A DNA stretch of 64,000 bases from Macrostomum lignano. Taxonomy: Eukaryota. The notes beneath the pieces were generated by a model that did not search any database, was not told the DNA's origin, and worked only from the letters and a program-made list of their open reading frames with translations. Both the position numbers and the translations under genes were made by a program. Positions 1 to 15,700 of this stretch are shown here, piece after piece (within the stretch, counting starts at the first letter, position 1; every line of letters begins with the position of its first letter). The stretch is taken from positions 186,001 through 250,000 of the forward strand of contig NIVC01001377.1 in assembly GCA_002269645.1 (NCBI GenBank), given 5' to 3'.

Positions 1-372
1 CTGCGCCTCACTCAGTGTTGAGGCGGGCGCCAGATGGTCTGAGAGGATGCGGGCGGTAGCTTTTTTCTCATCATTTTGACAGGCCATCAAGATTTATGAG
101 GTCAGAGCCTATTGTTCGTGTTCACTCAAGCGTGTGACAGCTTTGACAGCTATGCGTTTTACCCCTAAAAGTACTTTGGGATTAGCGATTAGCGATTTCT
201 CTTCATTATCTTTACTTTCTATTTAATAAGAGCTTTCTAATGTATATTTTTTCATTAATTTCCGTCAATCCTACGCGAAAAGTCATAAATCATTTTGTTG
301 CGATTTTGATTGATTTATGGCTGCACCTGTCATCTTTTTACGACCCTGTGGGAACTGATAGGAACTCCCAGT

Positions 373-503
373 CACGTGATTCTGGGTAGTAACAAGCTTA
401 GCCAATCAGAAAATTCGGCGCTCATTTTAACAAAACGGCTCAGCCAATCAGAATCGACGTGCTCCATTATAACAAACTGTGGTCCAGTTGGCGGCTATTT
501 AAA
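373..503 (+). promoter_or_regulatory. Pol II promoter-like cluster (E-box, two CCAAT boxes, TATA-like)
   Basis: CACGTG 373-378, AGCCAATCAG with CCAAT at 402-406 and 444-448, TATTTAAA 496-503 in canonical order and spacing. No downstream CDS identified; it could be the U3 of an LTR. Confidence 0.4.
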
Positions 504-2174
504 CCGGTGTTTTTGGCCCGGTCGGACCTGGACCGCCTGGGACCTTAGCCTAGCTTGAGACATCCCGGAGCGCGACCGTCATTTCTTGATCCCCGGATTG
601 CGACTTCCCCCATCATCATCAAGGACGAGTCCCCCCGGTCATCAGCAGCGAACATCAAAGTTAAGATCATCACCTGCTAGCTATCTGCGAAGACCGTGAC
701 ATCAGCATCATCCCGGGTCTACAGCTGCGAAGCATCAAGCCGATTCGGTCACTGTGGATTACCTGGTCTCCGGCTGTTGAGTTTCTGATTGGTTGGGTGA
801 GAGGCTACCTAGACTTGCTTGATTGGGTGATTCCCTATCTGTCCCCTGTTTCAGTAGCTGGATTAGGCTCTTTTGCTCATTTTGTCCAGTAGTGCTGTTA
901 CTGAGGCAGAAATCATTCAATAATACTGCTAGTAGTCTGAAACTCCAATTCAATCTGAGGTGTGAAGTGATTTAAGGAGGTTAAATCTGACAGTTATTTT
1001 TATTGGTTTTATTTCTTTGTTCGCCGATGGCTCAGATGAGTAGCTAAGCTAGTAGGCGCCGGTCACAGTGGACCAATGGCAAGGCAGTTCTCAGTCGATC
1101 AATCTATCAAATCAGTTAGCGAAACTGCCAGTAGTGCAGAATCGGCTCCAGAGATGTACTTTGTGCACTCTAGGGTAGCCAAGCGGCTCGGGTGATGAAT
1201 CATGCGGTCTCTGAGGTTCGAGTTAGCCTATCATCAGCGCTATGAGATGCTAGTTGGCGCGTTGAAGGCCAAAAGTACAATTCCTCGTATTTAGCAATGT
1301 AATAGTACATGTAGCTACCCAATAGACTCGCCACTGCAAGAATCCCCTGCACTATGCGATGCGATCCCATGCGATCTAGTCCCAGCAGTGTCCCTTATCA
1401 TCGGCTATGACTTCGAGATTGACAGCAAAAAGACACTAGTTGGCAGGTAAGTGCTAAGCCCCTTCTAGTCGGAAGCCTGATTTCGAGAGTCCCGGTGTGG
1501 TGAGCCAGGGCTGGTGGCAGCGAGTAAGATAATCTGCGGATTAGCTAATTTCTACCTTCAAAATTCTCCCTGCTTGTCTCTCGCTGTCCCTCTCTTAGCT
1601 ATAGGACCTAGACTGCTCGCCACACGATCAAGCTACCATGGGGCTGACCATCTGACAGGAGAGGAGTGGGGGGCCAGGACTCTAATTGATTTATTTCTGA
1701 GACCTGAGGCCCGAAGGCTTCCCCACAAGGGGGCCGGAAGGTCGAAACCCATCAAAAGGATTAAAAGCGCGCCCAAATTATCAAATTAGTTACTCCATAG
1801 ACCCCCCCTTTCGGGTCATAGACGATGAAAAGAAAATCTTCAATAGCTTGATTCTCCCACTAAGGATTAAATTGCTGGCTCCTAGGCTCTATTGGCTTGA
1901 AAAATGCTATGGTATAAACTAGGTTAAAAAGTCGCAATTAATCATGTTGACAACACCGATTTCACGTTGGATTTTTTCCCACTTAAATCTGTACCCAGTA
2001 GGTACAAACCCAATAGGTAGCCTCAAAACTTTGAGCCTGTCTATTGGCTAATGCAGACGACTGACGAATCAGATTAGATATCTAAGTCATCGCGGTTGAT
2101 GTTTTTAAGCGAGCTGATTCCTGGAAGCCGCGGTTGATGGTATGCTGTTGTTGCAAAGCATATAGCTACACAAT

Positions 2175-2510
2175 ATGCCTGCTCTTGTATGTCTAACCCT
2201 ACTACTGAGTTCAGTGCTGTTGGCACCAACTGAAACAGGCAGCTGCTCAGAGGGAGTAACAACTCGGATCAAGTTGAGCAGAAAATCTTTGTGTCTAAAA
2301 ACGTCAACGTCTCTGCAGAAAGTTCTAAAAGCCTACGGTGAGCGACCGATTGAAGAACGTGTGTACCTGTGCGCAAGGAACCAGCACTGCTTGGGAATGT
2401 TCCAGTCGGCTGATGGCATCTGCTACGCGTATTTAGGAACACGATACCACCTGGATAAGCTTTTTGATCCGGGAGATTGTGTGCTCTACTTAAAGGACTT
2501 CTCAACTTGA
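2175..2510 (+). CDS. Small secreted Cys-rich protein, PAN/apple-like (111 aa, single exon)
   Basis: ATG start, hydrophobic signal-like N-terminus (MPALVCLTLLLSSVLLA), LCARNQHCLGMFQSADGICY resembles the PAN C-x5-C-x-x-F...C pattern. AATAAA follows near 2598. Confidence 0.55.
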   Translation: MPALVCLTLLLSSVLLAPTETGSCSEGVTTRIKLSRKSLCLKTSTSLQKVLKAYGERPIEERVYLCARNQHCLGMFQSADGICYAYLGTRYHLDKLFDPGDCVLYLKDFST

Positions 2511-3979
2511 ACGGACCATCAAACAAAAAATTAAATCCAGCATATCTGAAAATTACGCAAACCGAACGTTAAAAACCTTAAAATATACAAAAAAAAAATA
2601 AATGCTGTTTTAAGCCGGTGTTCATTTCTTCGCTTAAAATTGAAACTTAGGGGGTTCGTGATGAAGTACAGCCGTAGAATAACACATCAATAAAACAAAT
2701 ATCGTCTACTCGTAGGCTCGAACGAGCAACATGCGGATACGCGGTTGATCGCGGCTGATTGTCGATGTGCGTACTGCTGGTGTGAGCCGAGCTACGTTGG
2801 GTGCCTTCGACAGAGGCTGCAGCGTCCGCAAGTTGAAGCCTATTTCTTAACTTTTGTCCCCTCGCTCCAGACTCACATTGGGTCCTCTCGTTGCCGTTCA
2901 GCCTCGGCCAGGTGACTTATAAGCATTTTCTTATGGCTTATAATGCGTATGTACATGCATGAGAACTGGGTTGCTATAAGGTCTCAGAACTGAACACGAT
3001 GTCAGCTGACAATGAAAAAATGGCCCGAACACCAAAAATGGCCATGAAGTTCAGGTCAAGGTTAGGCCACAGTGGATTGATGAAACCTGTCAAATTTGTA
3101 GCCAAGCTACATGTATACTCAACATTTTTTCAAGCATTTTTTAATATAAAAATGGTTGGCCAGGTGATACACAGACGGTGGTCGAAATTTTCCCTGCTCA
3201 CTGGGGCAAAAAGTGGCGACCTTTTAATGTTGCTGAGTACATTTGCAATTCCGAAACGAACAATTGGTACTAGGCTTGTGAATTAAACGCATCCGAACTC
3301 TAATACCTCGTTAGGATGATCCGATGAGATAATTTGGTGATGTGAATGTGAGGGCACTTCGTCCAACAACCAAATTTTCAGGACATAACAAAACGTGTAA
3401 AACTTTTATCTTATCAAGTTATCAGCTGCCTCATTTTCTTTAAAAAATAAGACCACCGGTACTTATTTTTTGCTGTATTTTTGTTGTTATTAAAACAACA
3501 CTCGGCAACAGTTTAAGTAGAGATTAAAGAAAAAACGTAAACATAGCACGATTACTTGGCATATTGATGACCATACTTACCTAGTATATACGAGTAATAA
3601 TAAAAATATCTAAGCCTACTAGCAAAACTAGTAAACTGGGATGATTACAGAATTATGCGGTAACTTCGATTTAAAAATTAACTACAGCAAAAAACAAACA
3701 AATCGTAGCGAAAATTGTCAAGACTTGCTTGCAGCCACTCTCAGGTTAATGTACTCAATCAACACGGATAGCTTTACTAACACTTTAAAAGCTAACTTTG
3801 CAATGGTAGTTATTTAATAATTGATGAAATTTATAAATAATGAATAGTAAATTAGACTTATATTCACTCATTTCGTCAGATAAAAGTAAATAACGGATTG
3901 ATATTACAGTGACTACTGTAAGCTGGCTTCAGCATGGGCAAAGAAAAATGTCAAGTTGTCCAACTCAGATGATATAATA

Positions 3980-4164
<185 letters not shown>

Positions 4165-4226
4165 GGAACTGGGGACACAATAAAGTCTGGGCAATGCGAA
4201 ATATCCTCCCTTCCTAGCAACCATCA

Positions 4227-8125
<3,899 letters not shown>

Positions 8126-8154
8126 ATCCTTGACCAGATAGTTAAATCTTTAAA

Positions 8155-8700
8155 GACATCTGGGAGGGTGACAGTCTCAGCGGATCTGGGAGGGTGACAG
8201 TCTCAGCGGATCTGGAAGGGTGACAGTCACAGGGGATCTGGGAGGGTGACATTCACAGGGGATCTGAGAGGGTGACAGTCTCAGGGGACCAAGGAGGGTG
8301 TTAGTCACAGGGGATCTGGGAGGGTGACAGTCACAGGGGATCTGGGAGGGTGACAGTCTCAGGGGATCTGGGAGGGTGACAGTCACAGGGGATCTAGGGG
8401 AGTGACAGTCTCAGGGGATCAAGGAGGGTGTTAGTCACAGGGGATCTGGGAGGGTGACAGTCTCAGGGGATCAAGGAGGGTCTTAGTCACAGGGGATCTG
8501 GGAGGGTGACAGTCACAGGGGATCTGGGAGGGTGACAGTCACAGGGGATCTGGGAGGGTGACAGTCACAAAGGATCTGGGAGGGTGACAGTCACAGGGGA
8601 TCTGGGAGGGTGACAGTCACAGGGGATCTGGGAGGGTGACATTCACAGGGGATCTGGGAGGGTGTTAGTCACAGGGGATCAAGGAGGGTGACAGTCACAG
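8155..8700. repeat. 26-bp minisatellite immediately upstream of MYG1
   Basis: Unit TCACAGGGGATCTGGGAGGGTGACAG, about 21 copies. Confidence 0.95.
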
Positions 8701-9059
8701 TGGAATGTGGTGAAATCATTATTAATCTGAAAAATGTGAAATCAAAAACAAAAAAATCATAAATAAAATGAAAAATGATTCTAACAAACAAACAGCAAGT
8801 AAAGTTGTATTTTCGTACTACTTTAATTGACTCTAATTCTAAACAGCATTAATTGATTGCAGTGAATGCGGTTTGGCCAATCATAGATCATCTTGCTAGA
8901 AGTATTTTAGCAATTCAAAATTGCATTAAACAAAATTTTAAATTGGGAATAATATTAGAAGAAAAGTGACCAGAAAAAGTCACAATACAACCAAATCACC
9001 AGACAGACACCAAACTTGCAAATATTAATATTTCAAATAACAATGATAGTATTAATTGG

Positions 9060-9715
9060 CTTTTAGGGAGATTTTCAGGATGGGTTTGAGGGCGATTCTC
9101 AAGATGGGTTTGAGGGCGTTTCTCAAGGATGGGTTGAGGGTGATTCTCAAGGATGGGTTGGGGGCGATTCTCAGGATGGGTTTGAGAGCGATTCTCAAGG
9201 ATGGGTTTGAGAGCGATTCTCAGGATGGGTTTGAGGGCGATTCTTAGGATGGGTTTGAGGGCGATTCTTAGGATGGGTTTGAGGGCGATTCTTAGGATGG
9301 GTTTGAGGGTGATTCTTAGGATGGGTTTGAGGGCGATTCTTTGGATGGGTTTGAGGGCGATTCTCAGGATGGGTTTGAGAGCGATTCTCAGGATGGGTTT
9401 GAGGTCGATTCTCCGGATGGGCTGAGGGCGATTCTCAGGATGGGTTTGAGGGCGATTCTCAGGATGGGTTGAGGGCGATTCTCAGGATGGGTTGAAGGCG
9501 ATTCTCAGGCTGGGCTTAGGGCGATTCTCAGGATGGTTGCTTGAAGGCGATTCTCAGGCTGGGTTGAGGGCGATTCTCAGGATGGTTGCTTGAGGGCGAT
9601 TCTCAGTCTGGGCTGAGGGCGATTCTTAGGATGGGCTGAGGGCGATTCTCAGGCTTCTCAGGATGGGTTGAGGGAGATCCTCAGGCTTTTTAGGATGGGT
9701 TTGAGGGCGATTCTT
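9060..9715. repeat. 23-24-bp minisatellite just downstream of the DDX1 stop
   Basis: Unit AGGATGGGTTTGAGGGCGATTCTC, about 27 copies; gives the MGLRAILR pseudo-ORFs. Confidence 0.95.
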
Positions 9716-9777
9716 ATATTGTCGAATATGAACTATTACAGATAATTTGGCATGCAACAAAGAGTCAAAGAGGCCAG

Positions 9778-12700
9778 CTACATAACGGGTGGGCCGAAGC
9801 GCATCTGCAGATAGCTATCCTGAGCTTGAGTCTCCAGACTCGCAAGCGACTTCACAGCGGACTGCATCACGCTCACGTGACCCTGGTACAGGCCAGCGCC
9901 GCCTTTTCTCTGCTTCTGTCCGTACACAACTTTGCCATCGAATTCGTTCACTGGCACAGTCATATCCGTGTCGATTTGATCGATGGTGACGCCCAGATGC
10001 TCTTCGACATCAGCTAGCAGTTGAGGCTCGTTGTACCAAATACAGCAGCCGCCCACTTCAACTAGGTTAGTGTTGGTGCAGCCGCGACCCTTGGTCTGGC
10101 AGTTGCTATGGTACCAGACTTTCTCTTTCACGTTGGCAACAAGCGAGATGGCCAGGCCCATGCGCTCGGCGCGACCGACACGGCCGATACGGTGCACGTA
10201 GTTCTGCTTCTCGTCTGGTAGCGTCACGTTGATCACGAAGGGCAGGCCTGGGTGAAATTGGGTGAGAGATGAGATTGGGTGAGAGTGAGATTAGGTGAAG
10301 GTGAGATTGTGTGAGAGAGATTGGATGAGAGTGAGATTGGGTGAGTGAGATTGGATGAGAGTGAGATTGGGTGAGAGTGAGATTGGGTGAGAGTGAGATT
10401 AGGTGAAGGTGAGATTGTGTGAGAGAGATTGGATGAGAGTGAGATTGGATGAGAGGTGAGATTGGATGAGAGGTGAGATTGGGTGAGAGGTGAGATTGGG
10501 TGAGAGGTGAGATTGGGTGAGAGGTGAGATTGGGTGAGAGTGAGATTGGGTGAGAGGTGAGATTGGGTGAGAGGTGAGATTGGATGAGAGATGAGATTGG
10601 ATGAGAGGTGAGATTGGGTGAGAGGTGAGATTGGGTGAGAGGTGAGATTGGGTGAGAGGTGAGATTGGGTGAGAGGTGAGATTGGGTGAGAGTGAGATTG
10701 GATGAGAGGTGAGATTGGATGAGAGGTGAGATTGGATGAGAGATGAGATTGGATGAGAGGTGAGATTGGATGAGGGGTGAGACCGAATGAAGACGGAACT
10801 AAGGTGAGTGTTGAGGGGTTGATCAGGAAAACAGGAGACAGGAAACAGCCAAATAGAAAAAGTGAAGTGAGATCAGAAAAGACAGCATGAGATCATTAAT
10901 AAAAAGGGGTGGGATCAGAATAAGACAGGGTGGGATCAGAATAAGACAGGGTGAGATCAGAATAAGACAGGGTGAGATCAGAATAAGACAGGGTGAGATC
11001 AGAATAAGACAGGGTGGGATCAGAATAAGACAGGGTGAGATCAGAATAAGACAGGGTGAGATCAGAATAAGACAGGGTGAGATCAGAATAAGACAGGGTG
11101 AGATCAAAATAAGACAGGGTGGGATCAAAATAAGACAGGGTGAGATCAGAATAAGACAGGGTGAGATCAGAATAAGACAGGGTGAGATCAGAATAAGACA
11201 GGGTGAGATCAGAATAAGACAGGGTGAGATCAGAATAAGACAGGGTGAGATCAGAATAAGACAGGGGAGATCAGAATAAGACAGGGTGAGATCAGAATAA
11301 GACAGGGTGAGATCAGAATAAGACAGGGTGAGATCAAAATAAGACAGGGTGGGATCAAAATAAGACAGGGTGAGATCAGAATAAGACAGGGTGAGATCAG
11401 AATAAGACAGGGTGAGATCAGAATAAGACAGGGTGAGATCAGAATAAGACAGGGTGAGATCAAAATAAGACAGGGTGGGATCAAAATAAGACAGGGTGAG
11501 ATCAGAATAAGACAGGGTGAGATCAGAATAAGACAGGGTGAGATCAGAATAAGACAGGGGGAGATTAGACAGAGTGCTCAGCTCAGGATCCAAAAGCAGA
11601 TAAGCAAAATGACGCCAGTCACTCACCTGAGATATCAATACCTCTAGCAGCCACATCGGTGCAGATGAGAAATCTCACATCAGCATTTTTGAAGCGTTCT
11701 AAATTGTCCTTGCGCTCCTGCGGCTTGCGGTCGCTGTGCAGACAGACGCAACTGTAAGGCGCGCCTTTCCTAGCCCGAGGTCCGCCACCCTTTGTTATGA
11801 ACAGGTGCTCCAGGTTGTCGCAGTCTAACTTAGTGCGACAGAAGATCAAGCACCGATCCATGTTGTGCTTCTCAATTGCTCTAATCACGTATTCGCCTTT
11901 GAGCAGTTTGACAGCTTCGGACAGAGTCTCCGGACTGTCTGAGCTGCCAACACGATCGTTGAGATGTACACCGTCAGTTTGAATTCTGGATTTGGTATTT
12001 TTGTTCAGCAACTGCCTCCAGGACTGGTCAGCCAAGGGGTCCACTGGGCACACGCAATGATGAATGGTGTCGGCCACAGAGTCTTGGCCTTTCAAATCGA
12101 TCCATACAGGAAAGTACATGAGGCGTTCGGCCATTCGCCGCACCTCCTGGGCGTGCAGAGTGGCCGAGCAGACCACCATCTGGAGGCGGCGGCCGTCGGC
12201 CGTCACCTGCAGTTGCCGAGGGGGGGGAGGTGTTCCGATAGTTGTCTCAAAAACCATCACCTCAGGGTGATGGCCGTCACCTGAAGAAGACTGGCATCTT
12301 CAAAGTAGGCTCTTAAACCGCAATTGGATGATACTGAGGATCGTCTCTAAAGTATAATGAGAATCGCATCTGTAAGACACCCGTTGAAAATGAACTCTGT
12401 AGGCTAGTTAGAGCGCAATTAGAGTGCATATTATAAATTATACTGTGACTGTTTATATTGCGTCCTAAAACGCCATGTTCTGCAGCTACTATTCAGTGAC
12501 TGCTGTTTGCCCGATGCTTGAAAGCGTGTTTAAATTTTTTTGACTACTGTTGGCTTCCGAAATACCTCGTATATTGTCATTCTAGTTAGCAATTGTCATA
12601 GCTGTTTGTTGTGACACAACGTGGGATGCGTTTCAAAGTATTCATTAAAGACTTTAAGTTAAAGACATATTCCAAAACAAATTAAACGTAAACACAGAGG

Positions 12701-15700
12701 GAGCTATTTGCTTAAAAATATTTTCTATCTACAGTTAAAACAGGGCGATTGAGCCGCCCTTGTGTGCATTTTTTCTTTCTGTATTTCTTGTTTTATTTTA
12801 ATCACCATCAAAATATTGAGTGCAGCAAAATAAATTCGATTTTTTCACAGGGGCCTATTCTGCCCTTCTTCGTCGCCTTCGCCATCTTTCCTTGGCGTCG
12901 TTTGCTAACCATTTTATGACTGCCAGTAGTCGATGCTCTTTTAAATCTTGCTCAGTGTCATTTTTTCGTTGTTTATTTTGTCCTATGAAGGCTTCGTTGC
13001 ATGTGTACTCGTAAATCCAGCTGCATATTACTGTGTCAGCATCAATTTAACTAGTACAGTGACTGAAGTTTATCAGCCCGATTGCTACTGTTACTTTGTA
13101 CAACAGCTTTTTTGCTGTTTTTATGTTCTTTCATGTGACCTGATGAAGAAAGAGCCACCTGAGGTCCATTTGGAAGGTTTAAGAGAAGATCATGGAGAGC
13201 AACAGCAGCTCCCACAGCTTTAAATGAAAGCTCAGGCAGCTGTTCGGTTCACCTACGCCGGATTCGAGTGGAGTTTCGTGACTAAATGCTGCCATCTGAC
13301 ACGATTCAAATTAAACCAACTTAGTTGCAATGAGAAAACCACTTTGCCGCTCAACTTTAGTTAATCGAGAAGTTTTGACATGACACAACGTTAATCATTA
13401 CCAAACGTGGCGTCGTCTGGTCTGGCATCCAGAACCACGGAACATTCCAAGGCTGGACGCCTACATATGACACTATCTACCATGACAACAAGATCAGTTA
13501 CATTGTAAGAACCGCCAAAGACAAAGCCACAGGAATATTTCTTAGTTCTGTGCATAATTGACGATTAACTTCTGGCAATACCGCTGCTGCGGCCCAAGGC
13601 TGGAGCCCAAGTGGTAGCGATGCATTATATGACCATGCTGTCAAGACCTATACCCGCCTTAGGCTAAGCTGTAGAAGTGTCCATAATATATATATAAATA
13701 ATATATACAGGTGGATCAACTTTATCTATCTTAACCGGTGATTTACCGGAGGTAGTGAGGTAGTCACTATGTGCACATGCTTCCTGGAAACCGGAGCAGT
13801 GGAGAAAACTGGCACCCTCAACTGAAGTGCCGATCCAAGTAGTATATGGTGAGAAGCTGGAGGATGCTGTTGTTCTCCATGTCACAGCACACGAATGTGA
13901 CACAACAGACACTGTAAACATGTTGCGTACTGTCATACGAGAGAAGCGGCTTAGCCAAAGTGATCTACTTGCACATGTGCTGCCGAATTGAGTAAGGAAG
14001 ACTGGTCGGCAATCGCTGCTTCCACTAAGCATAATTTGGATGAAGCGACAAAAGATGAAAGGGTAAGTAAATTTCGTTCTTTGACTCATTTGACATATTT
14101 TATTGGAGCACCATTTACAATCGTGATCTTGTACATGTAAATGATGCATCTATCTCTCTATATCCTACAACTCACAGCATCTCACATAAGCCTGTCTCAA
14201 AGTGCCAACCGGAATCCAGCCGCAACACCAGCTTGAAGATGGGTGCGCTACTCGTACTCTGGCCAGCTTTAGCAGCCAACTGGGCTCTGCGAATATAGTG
14301 CTTCAATGGTGACAGCGCGTGAGTGCCAGCAGTGGTAGTAGCTATCTTGAATGCATACGCTCGTATTTAGACCCACGTTTTAAGCTTTTGTGCTAATAAA
14401 AAGCTTTAGCAATATATTTAGAAGTCTTCTCGAGGAATTAAAATTAAATTAAATTTTGGATAATTTAATTTAATTAAAGATTTAATTAATTAATTAAAGC
14501 CAGAGTACGATTTTTAAAGAAAATTAATGATTAGGCCGTTTTTAGATCGAAATTATTTTTCTTATTTCTCAGGGTGCACTTTCTGCCGTACCTTACTTAG
14601 TTGGGGGCATATGCCAAGAGGCAGGTTGAATTCAGCGAATACGTTGGGTATCAATCGAAGGTACACGTAAAATACGAGTACAGTAATGATTTTTGTTCAT
14701 CAGTAAAGTAAGCCGAATAGACACGTTTTCAGGCTTTTTTAAATCTAAGATTCATATCCTGGTGGGCTGCTAAAGCTAGTTAAAGCAGCAAGAGAAGTGG
14801 GAAACTGACTTATATCTGTATTAAATTATTGTATTATCTGTGTTTGCTTCACTAGGCATTTACTGGATGCAACTGCTCCATCTAAGAGTGATTGAAGCTG
14901 AGATGCGCTGCAGTGTGGAGTCGCCAGTCTGGCCGGAGTTTACCCTGCAGTTTCGATGTCGATTCATGTGAATCTTTCTGTTTGAACGGATGCAGAGCTC
15001 GAGAAATTCCAGGACTGTATTTCCACAAATAAAATGATGATATAACTATAAACAAGGCTGTTGTGAGTTGTTAGGGAGATCTTATACATGTAGTCCCTTC
15101 AACTGTTTATAAAGGGTGAAAAACGAAACAGTTGGGAGAGGGCTTATGTTCTAATGTTACCGGTGTGTTATTTAGATTTGTTGACTGCAAGAAAGTGGAG
15201 CATGCAATAGTAATGTTAATGTGTTTCCCTTTGAACATTACTACTGCATAATAGCTCTGAACATTTTGTTTCCCTTTCTGTTGCTATACTACAGGTTAAG
15301 GCCAGGAACAACTCCGCTCTTATGTGCGCTGTGGAAACACACATAGAGCAAAATACCGTGCTCATCAATGTATGTGCTCAGGGCGCTGCTCCATGTGGTA
15401 TTCGCCGAAGACGACCTGCTCACGGAAGTCGTTGACGATGCATCGGTTTCTCCCGAGGTGAGGGCTACATTGAGAAGTCAAGAAGTCAAGATATGGAATG
15501 GCTCTGCAATTGAGAAAGCCCTTCTCTTGGCTAGAGGCAATGTGATGCCCTGAGCTGTGGATCCCTCCACGGGCCAGGGTCTGCCTACTGGCCAGGTTCT
15601 GCTGCTCCAATCGACTACGGCGGGTCCAAGAAGTTTTTATGAACCATCCCGACGTGACACTCGAGGACGGGCCGCTCAAGAAGTTGATTTTGAAGCATTT

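Noticed and set aside
12880-13050. Minus-strand peptide ending ...[21 protein letters not shown] as a third BEN/DUF4806 relic
   Set aside because: Resemblance is limited to a few residues; too weak to call without a profile search.
13380-14350. Protein-like fragments ([16 protein letters not shown]; [14 protein letters not shown]; LKHYIRRAQ...DSGW)
   Set aside because: Short, stop-interrupted and not assignable; probably decayed transposon coding sequence.
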